DNA of 64,000 bases from an uncultured Candidatus Binatia bacterium (GCA_965218425.1 OZ244621.1:704001-768000), one strand, 5' to 3'. Counted from the stretch's first letter, positions 39,822-49,920 are shown. Numbers and translations are program-made. The notes: a model not told the origin generated them from the sequence alone.

Positions 39822-42053
39822 TTAACCGGATATAATGGGCTTGAACTTTTCGTACAACTCCTTGAGCTTGGCCTTGTAGTGCGCCACATTCTCATCGGGT
39901 TGGGCGGGGTCCCATTGAGAGGCGAGCTTGGAGTTCTCATTGATTTTTACCTTTGCCCCTTTTCCGGTAACGTAGTATGAGATTTGGTCTCCGGGCTGGT
40001 AAGGACGCTGTGAGTTCAAGGCCAATTCGTAAGCCGCAGCAGGGTTACGCTTTTTCGCTTTGATCTTTGCTTGATACGTATCTATGGAATCCTGTAAGGA
40101 CTCCGTTTTCATGAGCAACGAGATATCCATCCGATGCTGCTCGAGATCTTCCATATACTTCTCATAGAGGCGTGGGATTTTGTCCTTCTCGCCCCGTAGA
40201 AGCAGGAGAAGCATCTCCTCCAACCACTGGCGTTGGAAGAGCTCCAATCCCCTGGAACGCAGCCCGGAACCCTTAACCAGCAGCCTGTCCTTCTCGTCCA
40301 GGAGGGCGTAGTTTTTCATCTTGTAGCTGAACATCGCCGGATACCGTCCATCCAGTTCTAAATCGATCCCCTTTGGGAGCGAATCGGCAAGTCCTTGAAT
40401 GAGTTGGTCCTCGTCCTGTTCCGTTTTGACCCCTTTGGGCGGAACAAAGTAAATCCCATCCGTATCAATTTCGATAATCGTTGCCCCTTTTTCCTTGAGA
40501 AGCGCCACTGCTGATTGGATCAACTCCCGTCCCTTTGCAGTTACCTGATTCGCAGCCTCAAAGTCATTGAAATGACCCATGGAAAAACCCAAATAGCCGT
40601 AAAACGAGTTGATCAAAATCTTGAAGGTGGATTGCAGACCCGAAAAGTAGATCCTGGCCTCCCTTGTCTCCGCCTCCCGAGCCATCTGCTTCGCGCTGAT
40701 CCTGAAATCACGCAGATCCCTGAGCAGGGTGGAAAATACTTTAAGCTCATCCTTTTTGGGGAAGAAATCATAAGCCAGCATAATCGAAGGGTACAATGAA
40801 GTTACGTCGCAGTGGAGCACATGGTTCGCCACTCCCTGAAATTCGATGTCAGTGTATCCGCCCACCACCGTCTGTCCACCCCGGGGCCTGGGTACGGACT
40901 GGTGGCGGTGCAAATATTCCCGGATGAATAGCGAATCGATCTTGGTGGCATTCCCCCTCAGGGCAACGTTTTGATAGCTGTAGGGAAAGACCTGAGCTTC
41001 CACGAAGTAACTGGGGGAAAGGAGCTCCGAGATGGCTCGCGTTTCACGTACATCGTCCATGGCATAACGAAACAGGGTGTCCGGATCATGGTCGAAGTAC
41101 CAGCTAACCTTGTCTCCTGGAATATACGTGCGCTCCGAGCTTGCCACCCCAAAGTGACGAGCGATCTCCTTCAATCCATATCCCGACAACTCCCGGGTAG
41201 CCACATCGAAATGCTGGGCAAGAATCCAGGTGTCAATGATATGACGACCAAAAATCTCATACTTTCGGTAGGTGATGGACCGCTCAGCAATCTGCATCCG
41301 TGATGGATGCCCTCTAAGGTTGCTTTTGTCTCTCCCAAGCTTCAACTTCACGCCGTATCGACGAGCCCTGGCCTCCAGGTATTCCAGATCGAAACGAAAG
41401 AAGTTGTGTCCCTCGATGACGTCAGGGTCCCTTTCCTGAACCACCTGGACCATTTCGGATAACACCTCCGCTTCGTCCAATTCCTTTCCCGATATCAGCT
41501 TCTCCCAGCCCGTTGAATCCGAAAGAGCAATGGCCGTGATCCGATCCGATTCTCGCTCCGGGTTAGGAAAGTCGAAGCCTGGCTCGCAGTAAGTTTCAAT
41601 ATCCAACTGCAAGCGCCTGAGCTCGCCAAAGGCCATACCCAGAAAATGGGTTTTGCCTGCAATAAGGAGGAATAAGTGAACCGGGTCGCCAATATAAAGG
41701 TAGGGAGCATCGGGGGCCGAAATTCCTTTGCCGCTTTTCTTTTGCAAAAAAGACTTGGCCGAATCCAACTCCTTCAAATTTTCAAATTGCGCCACATGGC
41801 TTAAAGGTGCACTCCCCCCGAGGCCCTCGAGGTTAACTTTCCCTTCCCACCCTTGAAGCCATTTTTCATCCTCGATGAGCAAAATGGGTTGGAACGATAC
41901 AGACTCGGAAGAGACCTGATCTCCCTGTCGAGAAAAGATCCTGATCTTATCCGCTCCCTCCACCTCAAAGGCAATGAGACCGGGAGTAGCATCGTGACCG
42001 AAGAGCACCCGATTGTCGTAGAAGGAAAGTTTCTGGGTCCAGTTTTGATCCAT
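39822..42053 (-). CDS. polB: Family B DNA polymerase with 3'-5' exonuclease domain
   Basis: LDIET, GHNFFRFD, YAMDD; DVTSLYPS, KILINSFYG, DTDG. Confidence 0.88.
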   Translation of the reverse strand: MDQNWTQKLSFYDNRVLFGHDATPGLIAFEVEGADKIRIFSRQGDQVSSESVSFQPILLIEDEKWLQGWEGKVNLEGLGGSAPLSHVAQFENLKELDSAKSFLQKKSGKGISAPDAPYLYIGDPVHLFLLIAGKTHFLGMAFGELRRLQLDIETYCEPGFDFPNPERESDRITAIALSDSTGWEKLISGKELDEAEVLSEMVQVVQERDPDVIEGHNFFRFDLEYLEARARRYGVKLKLGRDKSNLRGHPSRMQIAERSITYRKYEIFGRHIIDTWILAQHFDVATRELSGYGLKEIARHFGVASSERTYIPGDKVSWYFDHDPDTLFRYAMDDVRETRAISELLSPSYFVEAQVFPYSYQNVALRGNATKIDSLFIREYLHRHQSVPRPRGGQTVVGGYTDIEFQGVANHVLHCDVTSLYPSIMLAYDFFPKKDELKVFSTLLRDLRDFRISAKQMAREAETREARIYFSGLQSTFKILINSFYGYLGFSMGHFNDFEAANQVTAKGRELIQSAVALLKEKGATIIEIDTDGIYFVPPKGVKTEQDEDQLIQGLADSLPKGIDLELDGRYPAMFSYKMKNYALLDEKDRLLVKGSGLRSRGLELFQRQWLEEMLLLLLRGEKDKIPRLYEKYMEDLEQHRMDISLLMKTESLQDSIDTYQAKIKAKKRNPAAAYELALNSQRPYQPGDQISYYVTGKGAKVKINENSKLASQWDPAQPDENVAHYKAKLKELYEKFKPIISG

Positions 42054-42344
42054 GGCCAAGGAGACACTCCAAAAGTATCGTGCGATATTGAGTCCCGGAT
42101 TTCGCGCTTCAATTGTAGCAGGGCGCCTCCTCTCTTCCAAGATGTTATCGGACCCGGGTTTAGGAACCGCTCATCTGATTTACTGATCGTCTACATAAAA
42201 TTTCAACCGTCCTTCTTGAAACGGCTCTGGGGGTGAGCCTCGGCTCCGCCACCAACCCCCCCATTCCCCGGAAATTGGTTGGAGGTCGACCTTCACGAAA
42301 CTTCTCCTGGCGGAAACTGTTCGGATTATGATATTAATAGAGAA

Positions 42345-43124
42345 GTGGAACCCGTCCAATACGATAGCCGACCAACCATGAAGCGCCCTGTTCTGGTCAT
42401 CGCATTTTCCGGTTGGAGCGATGCAGGGGCGGCGGCGAGCACGGCGGTTCGCTACCTCACCGAGCAGCTCATCGCAACTAGGTTTGCCAGTGTCGATCCT
42501 GAGGAGTTCTATGACTTTTCCTCCCAGCGTCCACAGGTCCGACTGGTGGAAGGATCACAGCGTCAGATACAGTGGCCCTCCTACGACTTCTACTACGGGT
42601 CCGGAATGGGGATCGAGCGAGATTTTGTATTTGGCACTGGCCCGGAACCCAATCTCCGGTGGAAGGGCTTCTCCGAACTGTTTCTTTCCCTGGCCCGTGA
42701 GTGGAATGTGGACATGATTGTGACCCTGGGCGCATATCTCGATGAGGTGCTTTACACGAGACCCGTACCCCTGACTGGATTTGCCACGGATAAGAAATTC
42801 ATGAAGGAACTGGATCTGATACCGTCACGATACCAGGGACCTACGGGCATCATTGGAGTCTTGGCTGAGATGTGCCGTAAAACAGCCATGCCCAACCTGA
42901 GCCTGTGGGCCGCCCTCCCCCACTATCTACCTCCGTCTCCGAACCCCCGAGGGACACTGGCTCTCGTGCTGAGGCTCACCCAGTGGCTCGGCCTACGGAT
43001 CGATACCACCCCCCTCGAAAGGGCAGCCGCGGAATTTCAAAACAAGGTCAACGAGATCATCAACAGCGATCCGAACCTATCCTCCTTCATTCGTGAGCTA
43101 AAAAAACACGAATTCGAGCAGTGA
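42345..43124 (+). CDS. PAC2 family protein
   Basis: AFSGWSDAG, PEEFYDF, EPNLRW, YQGPTGIIG, LWAALPHY. Confidence 0.88.
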   Translation: MEPVQYDSRPTMKRPVLVIAFSGWSDAGAAASTAVRYLTEQLIATRFASVDPEEFYDFSSQRPQVRLVEGSQRQIQWPSYDFYYGSGMGIERDFVFGTGPEPNLRWKGFSELFLSLAREWNVDMIVTLGAYLDEVLYTRPVPLTGFATDKKFMKELDLIPSRYQGPTGIIGVLAEMCRKTAMPNLSLWAALPHYLPPSPNPRGTLALVLRLTQWLGLRIDTTPLERAAAEFQNKVNEIINSDPNLSSFIRELKKHEFEQ

Positions 43125-43831
43125 AGCTCTCAGTCTTGATCCCTGCCTACAACGAGGAGAACACTCTCACAGAGGCAATCCGCCGGGTCCAGCGTGTGGA
43201 TGTGTTCAAGGAGATCATTGTCATTGACGACGGTTCAAAGGACGGGAGCCGTGACATTCTGGCTAGCCTCGACACAGAGGCAAAGAAAAAAACCGCCCCC
43301 GGCAATGAGCTAAAGGTAATCTTTAAATCTGTCAACGAGGGAAAGGGAGCTGCAATCCGGTCAGGCCTTGCCAAGGTCACAGGGGACGTTGTCATCGTCC
43401 AGGATGCCGACCTCGAATACAATCCCCAGGATTATCCGAAACTACTTGAGCCCATCGAAGCCGGGGAGGCGGATGTGGTTTATGGAACCCGGTTTTTCGG
43501 AGGCGGACCTCACGGGGTCCTTTTTTTTTGGCACTACGTGGGGAACCAAATTCTCACCCTCTTTTCCAACATATTAACTAACCTTAACCTCTCCGACATG
43601 GAAGTGGGCTATAAAGCTTTCCGATCAGATGTATTGAACAGGATTCAGATCAAGTCCAATCGCTTCGGCTTTGAGCCCGAAGTCACGGTGAAGTTGGCCA
43701 AGCTAGGTTGCCGCATTTATGAGGTCCCCATCTCCTACTACGGACGGACCTACAAGGAAGGGAAAAAGATCACCTGGAAGGACGGCTTTGCCGCCTTTTA
43801 CTGCCTGCTCCGATACCGCCTAATGGATTAG
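43121..43831 (+). CDS. GT2 glycosyltransferase (polyprenol-phosphate type)
   Basis: IPAYNEE, DDGSKDG, QDADLEY, EGKKITWKDG. Confidence 0.92.
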   Translation: MKLSVLIPAYNEENTLTEAIRRVQRVDVFKEIIVIDDGSKDGSRDILASLDTEAKKKTAPGNELKVIFKSVNEGKGAAIRSGLAKVTGDVVIVQDADLEYNPQDYPKLLEPIEAGEADVVYGTRFFGGGPHGVLFFWHYVGNQILTLFSNILTNLNLSDMEVGYKAFRSDVLNRIQIKSNRFGFEPEVTVKLAKLGCRIYEVPISYYGRTYKEGKKITWKDGFAAFYCLLRYRLMD

Positions 43832-43895
43832 CCTCCTTCCGAGCCCCCCACCAACCACCCCCAAGTCATCTCTAACAAAGAATTTTAGGGGCACC

Positions 43896-43925
43896 TTGAC
43901 AAAGGAAAGGCCCTTACAGTATATA
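43896..43925 (+). promoter_or_regulatory. Putative promoter upstream of the structured element
   Basis: TTGACA-18 nt-TATATA. Confidence 0.5.
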
Positions 43926-43929
43926 AACA

Positions 43930-44056
43930 CACTCACCCCGCAGGTTGGACGTTAATCGTCCCCGGAGGAATATGGGTGACCTGGAATAAAAGTGTCGAAG
44001 ATTTCCAGGCCGTTGCAGGGGACGAGAGGTAAACCGAAACTGTCTTGACATCGGGG
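43930..44056 (+). ncRNA. Candidate structured small RNA or leader containing an 18-aa small ORF
   Basis: Nested stems CCCCG/CGGGG, TCGTCCCC/GGGGACGA, CCTGGAA/TTCCAGG. Confidence 0.45.
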
Positions 44057-44074
44057 AAGCCGAACCAGTATAAA
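44045..44074 (+). promoter_or_regulatory. Putative promoter of the cytochrome c gene
   Basis: TTGACA-18 nt-TATAAA. Confidence 0.55.
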
Positions 44075-44118
44075 AGGCACTTTATGCTTAGGCCTGTGCA
44101 GTTAGAAAGGATAGCAAT

Positions 44119-44586
44119 ATGAAGCTTACAAGGACCCTTTTCGCCCTCGTGGCCGGACTTTTTCTCTTCTCGTTCACGCCTCTGTCTTTTGCACAAGAGG
44201 AGGCAATCGAAGCAAGGAAAAAGCTCATGAAGTCCAACAACAAGGCCTCAAAGGCCCTCAAAAAGGCCGTCAAGGCAAAAGACTACGCTGCCATCCAAGC
44301 CCAGGCAAAAGTAATCAACGCGAGCATGGACAAGGTGGCAAAACTGTTTCCCAAGGGAAGCACCGCGAAGAATTCCAAGGCCTTGAAATCAATTTGGTCG
44401 GATTGGGACGGCTTTAACGATAATATTGGCTGGGTTAAAAATTCGGCCAAAAACTTGGCCACCGCGGCCGCTGCCAAGGACGCTGATCTTGTGAAACTGG
44501 AAAGCACGGCCGTGTCCACCGCCTGCCGCCAATGCCATAGGACCTACCGTAAGGGCTCGAGGCGCGGCAAGAAAAAGAAGAAGTAA
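44119..44586 (+). CDS. Class II cytochrome c (c'/c556-like)
   Basis: Signal peptide, LFPKGS, IWSDWDGF, C-terminal CRQCH. Confidence 0.9.
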   Translation: MKLTRTLFALVAGLFLFSFTPLSFAQEEAIEARKKLMKSNNKASKALKKAVKAKDYAAIQAQAKVINASMDKVAKLFPKGSTAKNSKALKSIWSDWDGFNDNIGWVKNSAKNLATAAAAKDADLVKLESTAVSTACRQCHRTYRKGSRRGKKKKK

Positions 44587-44625
44587 CACCTCTCGTCCTG
44601 AGAACGATCGAGAGATTGAAAGTTT

Positions 44626-44654
44626 AGAGGGGCGTAGTTTACGCCCCTCTTTTT
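44626..44654 (+). terminator. Rho-independent terminator
   Basis: AGAGGGGCGTA-GTT-TACGCCCCTCT-TTTT. Confidence 0.85.
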
Positions 44655-44867
44655 GTCCAGTCCCCCCAGATCTCCAGTGCATCGCCCCCGAATCATTTTT
44701 GAATCCAACCTGTCTCTAGATCCGTTGAACTCAACCCATTGTATTTCTCAAATTTACGTTGATCTGATTGGCACCATGGGGTAACGCATCCCTGACACGC
44801 CGTCTTGACTTTATGGCGGGGCTTGCCTAACTTAATACAGTTCCATCAAATCAATGAATTTCGCATC

Positions 44868-45848
44868 ATGACTACAAGGGCTCGCAGAAACATTCCGGTG
44901 GTTGACTTTGAGGGGGTATGGTCGGAGGACCCGTCCCAACGCAGGCCCACTGCCAATGTACTTCGGGGAGCACTGGAATCCTACGGCTTTCTCTACCTCG
45001 AGAACCACGGTGTTTCCGCTCCATTGCTCAACGACCTGTTCGATCAATCGCGCACCTTTTTTGCCCTCCCTCAGGAGGCCAAAGACTCTGTCGGACGACG
45101 GGAAGGAGGATCTAGCCGGCACGGATATGAGGGCCTAGGCGGCCAGTTACTGGATGAACACTTTGCGGATCTAAAGGAGCTCTTTCATGCGGTTCCGCAC
45201 GCCGCAGATGCTGATTTGTGGCCAGAACAACCACCACGCTTCCGCGAGGTGGTCTTGACATTTCACCAGGCCGCTGCAAATGCTGCCTACAAGTTTATGT
45301 GCGCCGTTGCTTTGTCTTTGGGCCTTGCTGAGGATCACTTTGCCCCTTCTCACGATCATGCAGAAGGTTCTGTCCGCATGCTCCATTATCCGCCGGTGAA
45401 GGGGCCGGTTGAACCTGGACAGTTACGCGCGGGAGCCCACACGGATTTCGGTGGCATCACGCTATTGTTCACTGATGATGAAGGTGGGTTAGAGATCCAG
45501 GCCCCGGATGGCACCTGGCTTCCGGCACCTGCGCAGACCGGGGCGGCCATCGTCAACACCGGTGATCTGATGGAACGCTGGACCAACGGTCAATTTCGTT
45601 CGTCCCCACACCGTGTTGTGGTTCCACCGGGCGCGGCCCTCCAGCGGCACCGATATTCGGTGGCATTTTTTTTCAGTCCAAATCGAGATGCCGTAATTTC
45701 ATGTCTGGAGCCGTGTCAGAGCTCAGAGCGACCACCAAAGTATCCGCCCGTCACGGCTGGTGAACATATTCAGTCTCGAGTCCAGGCAACTCGTCCCCCG
45801 GTACCTAGGAAGCAAGGCCAATTCAGGCACGGTTCTATTGACTGCTAA
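44868..45848 (+). CDS. 2OG-Fe(II) oxygenase, isopenicillin N synthase family
   Basis: GFLYLENHG, HTDFG, HRV, RYS. Confidence 0.92.
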   Translation: MTTRARRNIPVVDFEGVWSEDPSQRRPTANVLRGALESYGFLYLENHGVSAPLLNDLFDQSRTFFALPQEAKDSVGRREGGSSRHGYEGLGGQLLDEHFADLKELFHAVPHAADADLWPEQPPRFREVVLTFHQAAANAAYKFMCAVALSLGLAEDHFAPSHDHAEGSVRMLHYPPVKGPVEPGQLRAGAHTDFGGITLLFTDDEGGLEIQAPDGTWLPAPAQTGAAIVNTGDLMERWTNGQFRSSPHRVVVPPGAALQRHRYSVAFFFSPNRDAVISCLEPCQSSERPPKYPPVTAGEHIQSRVQATRPPVPRKQGQFRHGSIDC

Positions 45849-45858
45849 CGGAGGTTTT

Positions 45859-46971
45859 ATGGGAACCCAGACAATGCCGGTTATAGACGGTGATGGCCAT
45901 GTGATGGAGGATTGGGATGGAATTTTGAGCTTCATGCCTGAACCCTATCGACAGGATAGGCTTCGGGGAAGACGGCTCTTTCCTCCACTGGACCACCTGC
46001 ACTCAGGACGACTTAACTTTTCCCTGCCGGGGGCGTTCCGCCAGGTCACTCCTGACCAATGGCTGGAATTCATGAATGACACCGGCATTCAGCGAGCTAT
46101 TTTGTACACTACTGGCGGTTTGGCAATAGGAAAGATAATAAATAGTGAATTCAGTGTGGATGTAGCGCGGGCCTACAATGACTGGCTCTATCACACCTAC
46201 GTCAACAAGGACGATCGATTCCAGGGGGTGGGTCTCATTCCCATGCAGGTGCCAGACCAAGCGGTGAAAGAGTTACGTCGGGTGGTTGAGGAGTTGGGCT
46301 TTGTCGGAGCCATGATCCCCTCAATGGGATTAAAGGGACATCTCGGCGACAAAGAGTACTGGCCCATCTATGCCGAAGCGGACCGTCTTGGGTGTTGCCT
46401 TGCCATCCACGGGGGAGCTCATGAGGGTCTAGGCATGGACTACCTCTCTCCCTATGCTCCTATCAACGCACTGGGACACCCCTTCGGCCAGATGATCGCG
46501 TTTGCCGGCATTGTCTTTAATGCCATCCTCGATAAATTCCCACGTATACGGATTGGTTTTATGGAAGCCGGAGTCCTATGGCTGATGACCTGCCTGGAAC
46601 GTTTTGACCGGGGCTGGGAAACACACATTCCATATGACCCAAACGGCGCCTACCTTCAGCTAAATTCAGGAGAAAAGGTAAGCGACTATATTATACGGCA
46701 CATCAAAGAGGGTAGGATCTTTATCGGATGCGAAGGAACGGAACCCATGTTACCCGATGCCATTCGCGTGGTTGGAAGCGAACCTTTTATCTTCTCTTCG
46801 GACTTCCCCCATGAAGTCAACACGGAGTACTGCAGGCACGAACTCGAGGAGATAAAGGGGACCTCAACATTATCAGAGGGTCAAAAACACGGGCTCTTGC
46901 ACATTAACGCAGAAAATTTTTATCGCCTGAAGGAGACGAACCAAAACTGGGCCGTTGAAGCCCACGCGTGA
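45859..46971 (+). CDS. Amidohydrolase_2 family protein
   Basis: IDGDGH, AIHGG, SSDFPHE. Confidence 0.88.
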   Translation: MGTQTMPVIDGDGHVMEDWDGILSFMPEPYRQDRLRGRRLFPPLDHLHSGRLNFSLPGAFRQVTPDQWLEFMNDTGIQRAILYTTGGLAIGKIINSEFSVDVARAYNDWLYHTYVNKDDRFQGVGLIPMQVPDQAVKELRRVVEELGFVGAMIPSMGLKGHLGDKEYWPIYAEADRLGCCLAIHGGAHEGLGMDYLSPYAPINALGHPFGQMIAFAGIVFNAILDKFPRIRIGFMEAGVLWLMTCLERFDRGWETHIPYDPNGAYLQLNSGEKVSDYIIRHIKEGRIFIGCEGTEPMLPDAIRVVGSEPFIFSSDFPHEVNTEYCRHELEEIKGTSTLSEGQKHGLLHINAENFYRLKETNQNWAVEAHA

Positions 46972-46974
46972 CCC

Positions 46975-47433
46975 TCATCCTTGCGGGGACATGCCCTTTT
47001 TCTTGAGTTCCTCCATCGCGTTTTGGGTTTTCTCAAGCCCGCCAACACCCATTCCTTTGAGTACGTTGGGTGACTTGGTGAACTGGATGTCATCGTAGGG
47101 CACCACCTCAATCCGGTTCCCCCAAGGGTCGCGAAAATTGAGCCGTTGATCAAGCCTTTTGACTCCAAGTTTATCCAACGATCCCGCCACCGGCTCCCTA
47201 TTATCCACAACGAAACCGAAATGACGTTTATCGTCTGCCCCCTGGGCCTTGCCAAGACTCAACTGGATGAACTGATCCCCCAGATCGATGAATGCGTTAC
47301 GCTCACTTTTTCCCCGCAGGGTGAATTCGAAGATCGAGCCATAAAACTTGAGCGCCTCGTCCAGGTCCCCTACTTCCAGGACTACATGGTTGATCCCCAA
47401 CGCACGCGCTTTTTTTCCACTTGCGTCACTCAT
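46975..47433 (-). CDS. VOC/glyoxalase family protein
   Basis: GINHVVLEVGD, HFGFVVD, DPWGNRIE. Confidence 0.88.
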   Translation of the reverse strand: MSDASGKKARALGINHVVLEVGDLDEALKFYGSIFEFTLRGKSERNAFIDLGDQFIQLSLGKAQGADDKRHFGFVVDNREPVAGSLDKLGVKRLDQRLNFRDPWGNRIEVVPYDDIQFTKSPNVLKGMGVGGLEKTQNAMEELKKKGMSPQG

Positions 47434-47474
47434 GGCGCCTCCTTTGGTTGGACCGGTTACTCTTTTGGGCTTGA

Positions 47475-47828
47475 TCATAACTTGTGACTTCCCAACCGGA
47501 GTGAGGAATCGCAAGATCCACTGTCTTTTCGCCAAACAACATCTTCAATGTCTACAGCGCCGGGCCAGTTTTTGTCCACCGGTTGAATCCCCCTTTCTAC
47601 GGCGAGATCATAAGGATCGCTCTGGATTCCGCCGGTCGCCACAACTCTACCCTTTACAGAAAATCGAATCACATCTCCCACATTAAGCCCTAATTTTCTC
47701 CACCATCTGGAACCCTTCACGGAGCCGTAAAGATCACAGTAGTTCCTAGCAAGGCACCATCGCAGTCTTTGAAGGTCACCGTGATGCCAACAGACAACGG
47801 GACGACTTGGTGTAAGCACTCTACCCAT
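47475..47828 (-). CDS. Hypothetical protein (possibly EVE/PUA-like)
   Basis: LNVGDVIRFSVKGRVVATG pattern. Confidence 0.4.
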   Translation of the reverse strand: MGRVLTPSRPVVCWHHGDLQRLRWCLARNYCDLYGSVKGSRWWRKLGLNVGDVIRFSVKGRVVATGGIQSDPYDLAVERGIQPVDKNWPGAVDIEDVVWRKDSGSCDSSLRLGSHKL

Positions 47829-48165
47829 AACTGCTCCGTCCTGTTTTTACTTTAATACCGCAAGGCGGTCAAACAATAAAAGGTCTCCTCATTGATTCAA
47901 CATCCGACATCCATCTCTAGCTAATCAGGATTACAGGGACATTGACCCCTCGCACTTGCGCCGGATTTTATTGCGATTCGTTTCGTATGGCAAGAGAAGG
48001 TTTGAGCCATGGACACTCTGAGACCCGGGAAAAGGTAGACCTTAAGGGTCGACGGGTGACCCGGATTACCTGAAGGCGTGGTACGAATCTTATACAAAGG
48101 TGGAAAGCTAACAACCAGACACGAAGTGAAAAGAGATGTGCAACCGAGAGCCCATGCTTCGCGCT

Positions 48166-48912
48166 CTACCTGGATGGGAGCCGCTGGAACTTTTTCTTGA
48201 CGTCCAAGAGTTGGCAAAATTCTCCAAAGCATTTTTGACTCAGCACCGTGAGCCGGTGAATGTAAGACTTGGTTTCCTTGCGGATTTTGTCAGCCGTCAC
48301 ACGGCTCCCAAGGCTTTCCAACTCTTTCTTAAAGGCAGGCGTATTTAACCAACGCTCAATCATGAACTCATCCACTTCCAAATGGAATTGAAATCCATAG
48401 ACCTTCTCTCCATATCGAAAGGCCTGGTTACTGCAAATCTGTGATCTCGCCAGATGAACGGCCCCTCTGGGTGTCTCAAAGGTATCGCCATGCCACTGAA
48501 ATATTTTCTCAGAACTTCTAAAGTGTCCCACCACGGGATCTTTCTCCGCCGCATGTGTTCTGGAGACATCGAACCAGCCGATCTCTTTTTCGTTGTTCTT
48601 CGTGACCGGAGCCCCAAGAGTCTTGGCAATTAATTGAGCCCCAAGGCATACGCCCAGCACAGGAATATCCTTTTGAATTGCCTCCTCGATCAGATGCAAT
48701 TCCGTGGTTAAATAAGGGTACTTCTTCGTCTGGTATACGCCCATGGGCCCACCAAGGACTACCAATCCGTCATACCCATTCAGGCAAGGCTCGGCATCGG
48801 GATGACGACCGAAATTGACGTACCGAATCCTAAATCCGCAACGCTTGAACAAAGGATTCAAGGTACCAAGGATTTCGTATGGCACATGCTGAAACACTAA
48901 AAGCCTAGCCAT
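48166..48912 (-). CDS. Class I glutamine amidotransferase
   Basis: LGGPMG, GVCLGAQ, WHGD, QFHLE. Confidence 0.92.
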   Translation of the reverse strand: MARLLVFQHVPYEILGTLNPLFKRCGFRIRYVNFGRHPDAEPCLNGYDGLVVLGGPMGVYQTKKYPYLTTELHLIEEAIQKDIPVLGVCLGAQLIAKTLGAPVTKNNEKEIGWFDVSRTHAAEKDPVVGHFRSSEKIFQWHGDTFETPRGAVHLARSQICSNQAFRYGEKVYGFQFHLEVDEFMIERWLNTPAFKKELESLGSRVTADKIRKETKSYIHRLTVLSQKCFGEFCQLLDVKKKFQRLPSR

Positions 48913-49134
48913 GACAATAGCTTACACCTTTTAATTCCCTGTATCGGAAAAAACAGACCCTCCATGTGTTTTGACCTCCTCCGCTCATTTTGAACACCAT
49001 AAGCAAGCATGCCTATCAAAATCTGAGAGGACCCTCGACACAGCCATAAAACGTTTGTGGTTGGAGGACCCCTTATGACGATCGAGGAACATTGGAATGA
49101 CCGTCTCAATCAATTTACCATCAATGTGTACACC

Positions 49135-49287
49135 TACATTTGATTCCTCCTTCAGTGAATCCAGCTGTGTATGTATTTTTAAGTATACATTTTGAAGGAT
49201 CTCATCCGTTGCAACAGGATCGTTAATCCTTCTTTTGATAAAAGTTTTCAGCTTTGCCTGATAGTCTCGCCAAATGCTTTCAGTCAT
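49135..49287 (-). pseudogene. ECF sigma factor (SigZ-like) N-terminal fragment
   Basis: MTESIWRDYQAKLKTFIKRRI...DEILQNVYLKIH, then loss of similarity. Confidence 0.7.
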
Positions 49288-49293
49288 GCTGGC

Positions 49294-49779
49294 CTAGACT
49301 CCCAAAACCTTTCGTACCCGAGAAACCACTTCTTCCGGTGTACCCGCCACCTCCACCGTTGGTATCCCTTCGGGTTCTTCGAGGGTCTCGAATTGACTTT
49401 CCAAAAGGTCAGCTCCAAAGTAATGACCTTTTCGATCTTTAATTCTCCGCTCAAGAAGAGCCGCATCCCCGTTTAGGAATACGAACTGTACCCCGTCAAC
49501 TCCGTCCGTAACCCTCTCCCTGTAAATCTTCCGGAGTGCCGAAAAAGCAAGTATTGCAGATTCATCTCTTTCGTTGACTCCACGGACAAGCTCATGAAGC
49601 CTATCAAGCCACACCTCACGGTCCGTGTCGGTTAGCGCAGTTCCTCGTCTCATTCGTTCGATATTGTCTTTAGGATGGAAATCGTCACCGTCAAAAAACT
49701 TCCAACCCATGGCTTCAGATAGAAGTGTCCCAATGGTGGTCTTTCCCGACCCGGCAACTCCCATTAAGATTAAGATCAT
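49294..49779 (-). CDS. gntK: Gluconokinase
   Basis: MGVAGSGKTT, DGDDFHP, LLESQFETLEEP. Confidence 0.9.
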   Translation of the reverse strand: MILILMGVAGSGKTTIGTLLSEAMGWKFFDGDDFHPKDNIERMRRGTALTDTDREVWLDRLHELVRGVNERDESAILAFSALRKIYRERVTDGVDGVQFVFLNGDAALLERRIKDRKGHYFGADLLESQFETLEEPEGIPTVEVAGTPEEVVSRVRKVLGV

Positions 49780-49920
49780 CCGTTTTGAGTAATGACAGCT
49801 GGAGCAAAATTCATGGACAACTGTATCTTCTTTACCATCACCTGGCAAGAAACCATAAGACTCCACCACCATGTGAAACCCCATGCTTTCACTGGTCCAT
49901 TGGCGTCATAGCCCTTGGAG

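Noticed and set aside
39822..43124. Pipolin, casposon or prophage around polB
   Set aside because: No integrase, Cas1, terminal repeats or virion genes; neighbours are ordinary metabolic genes
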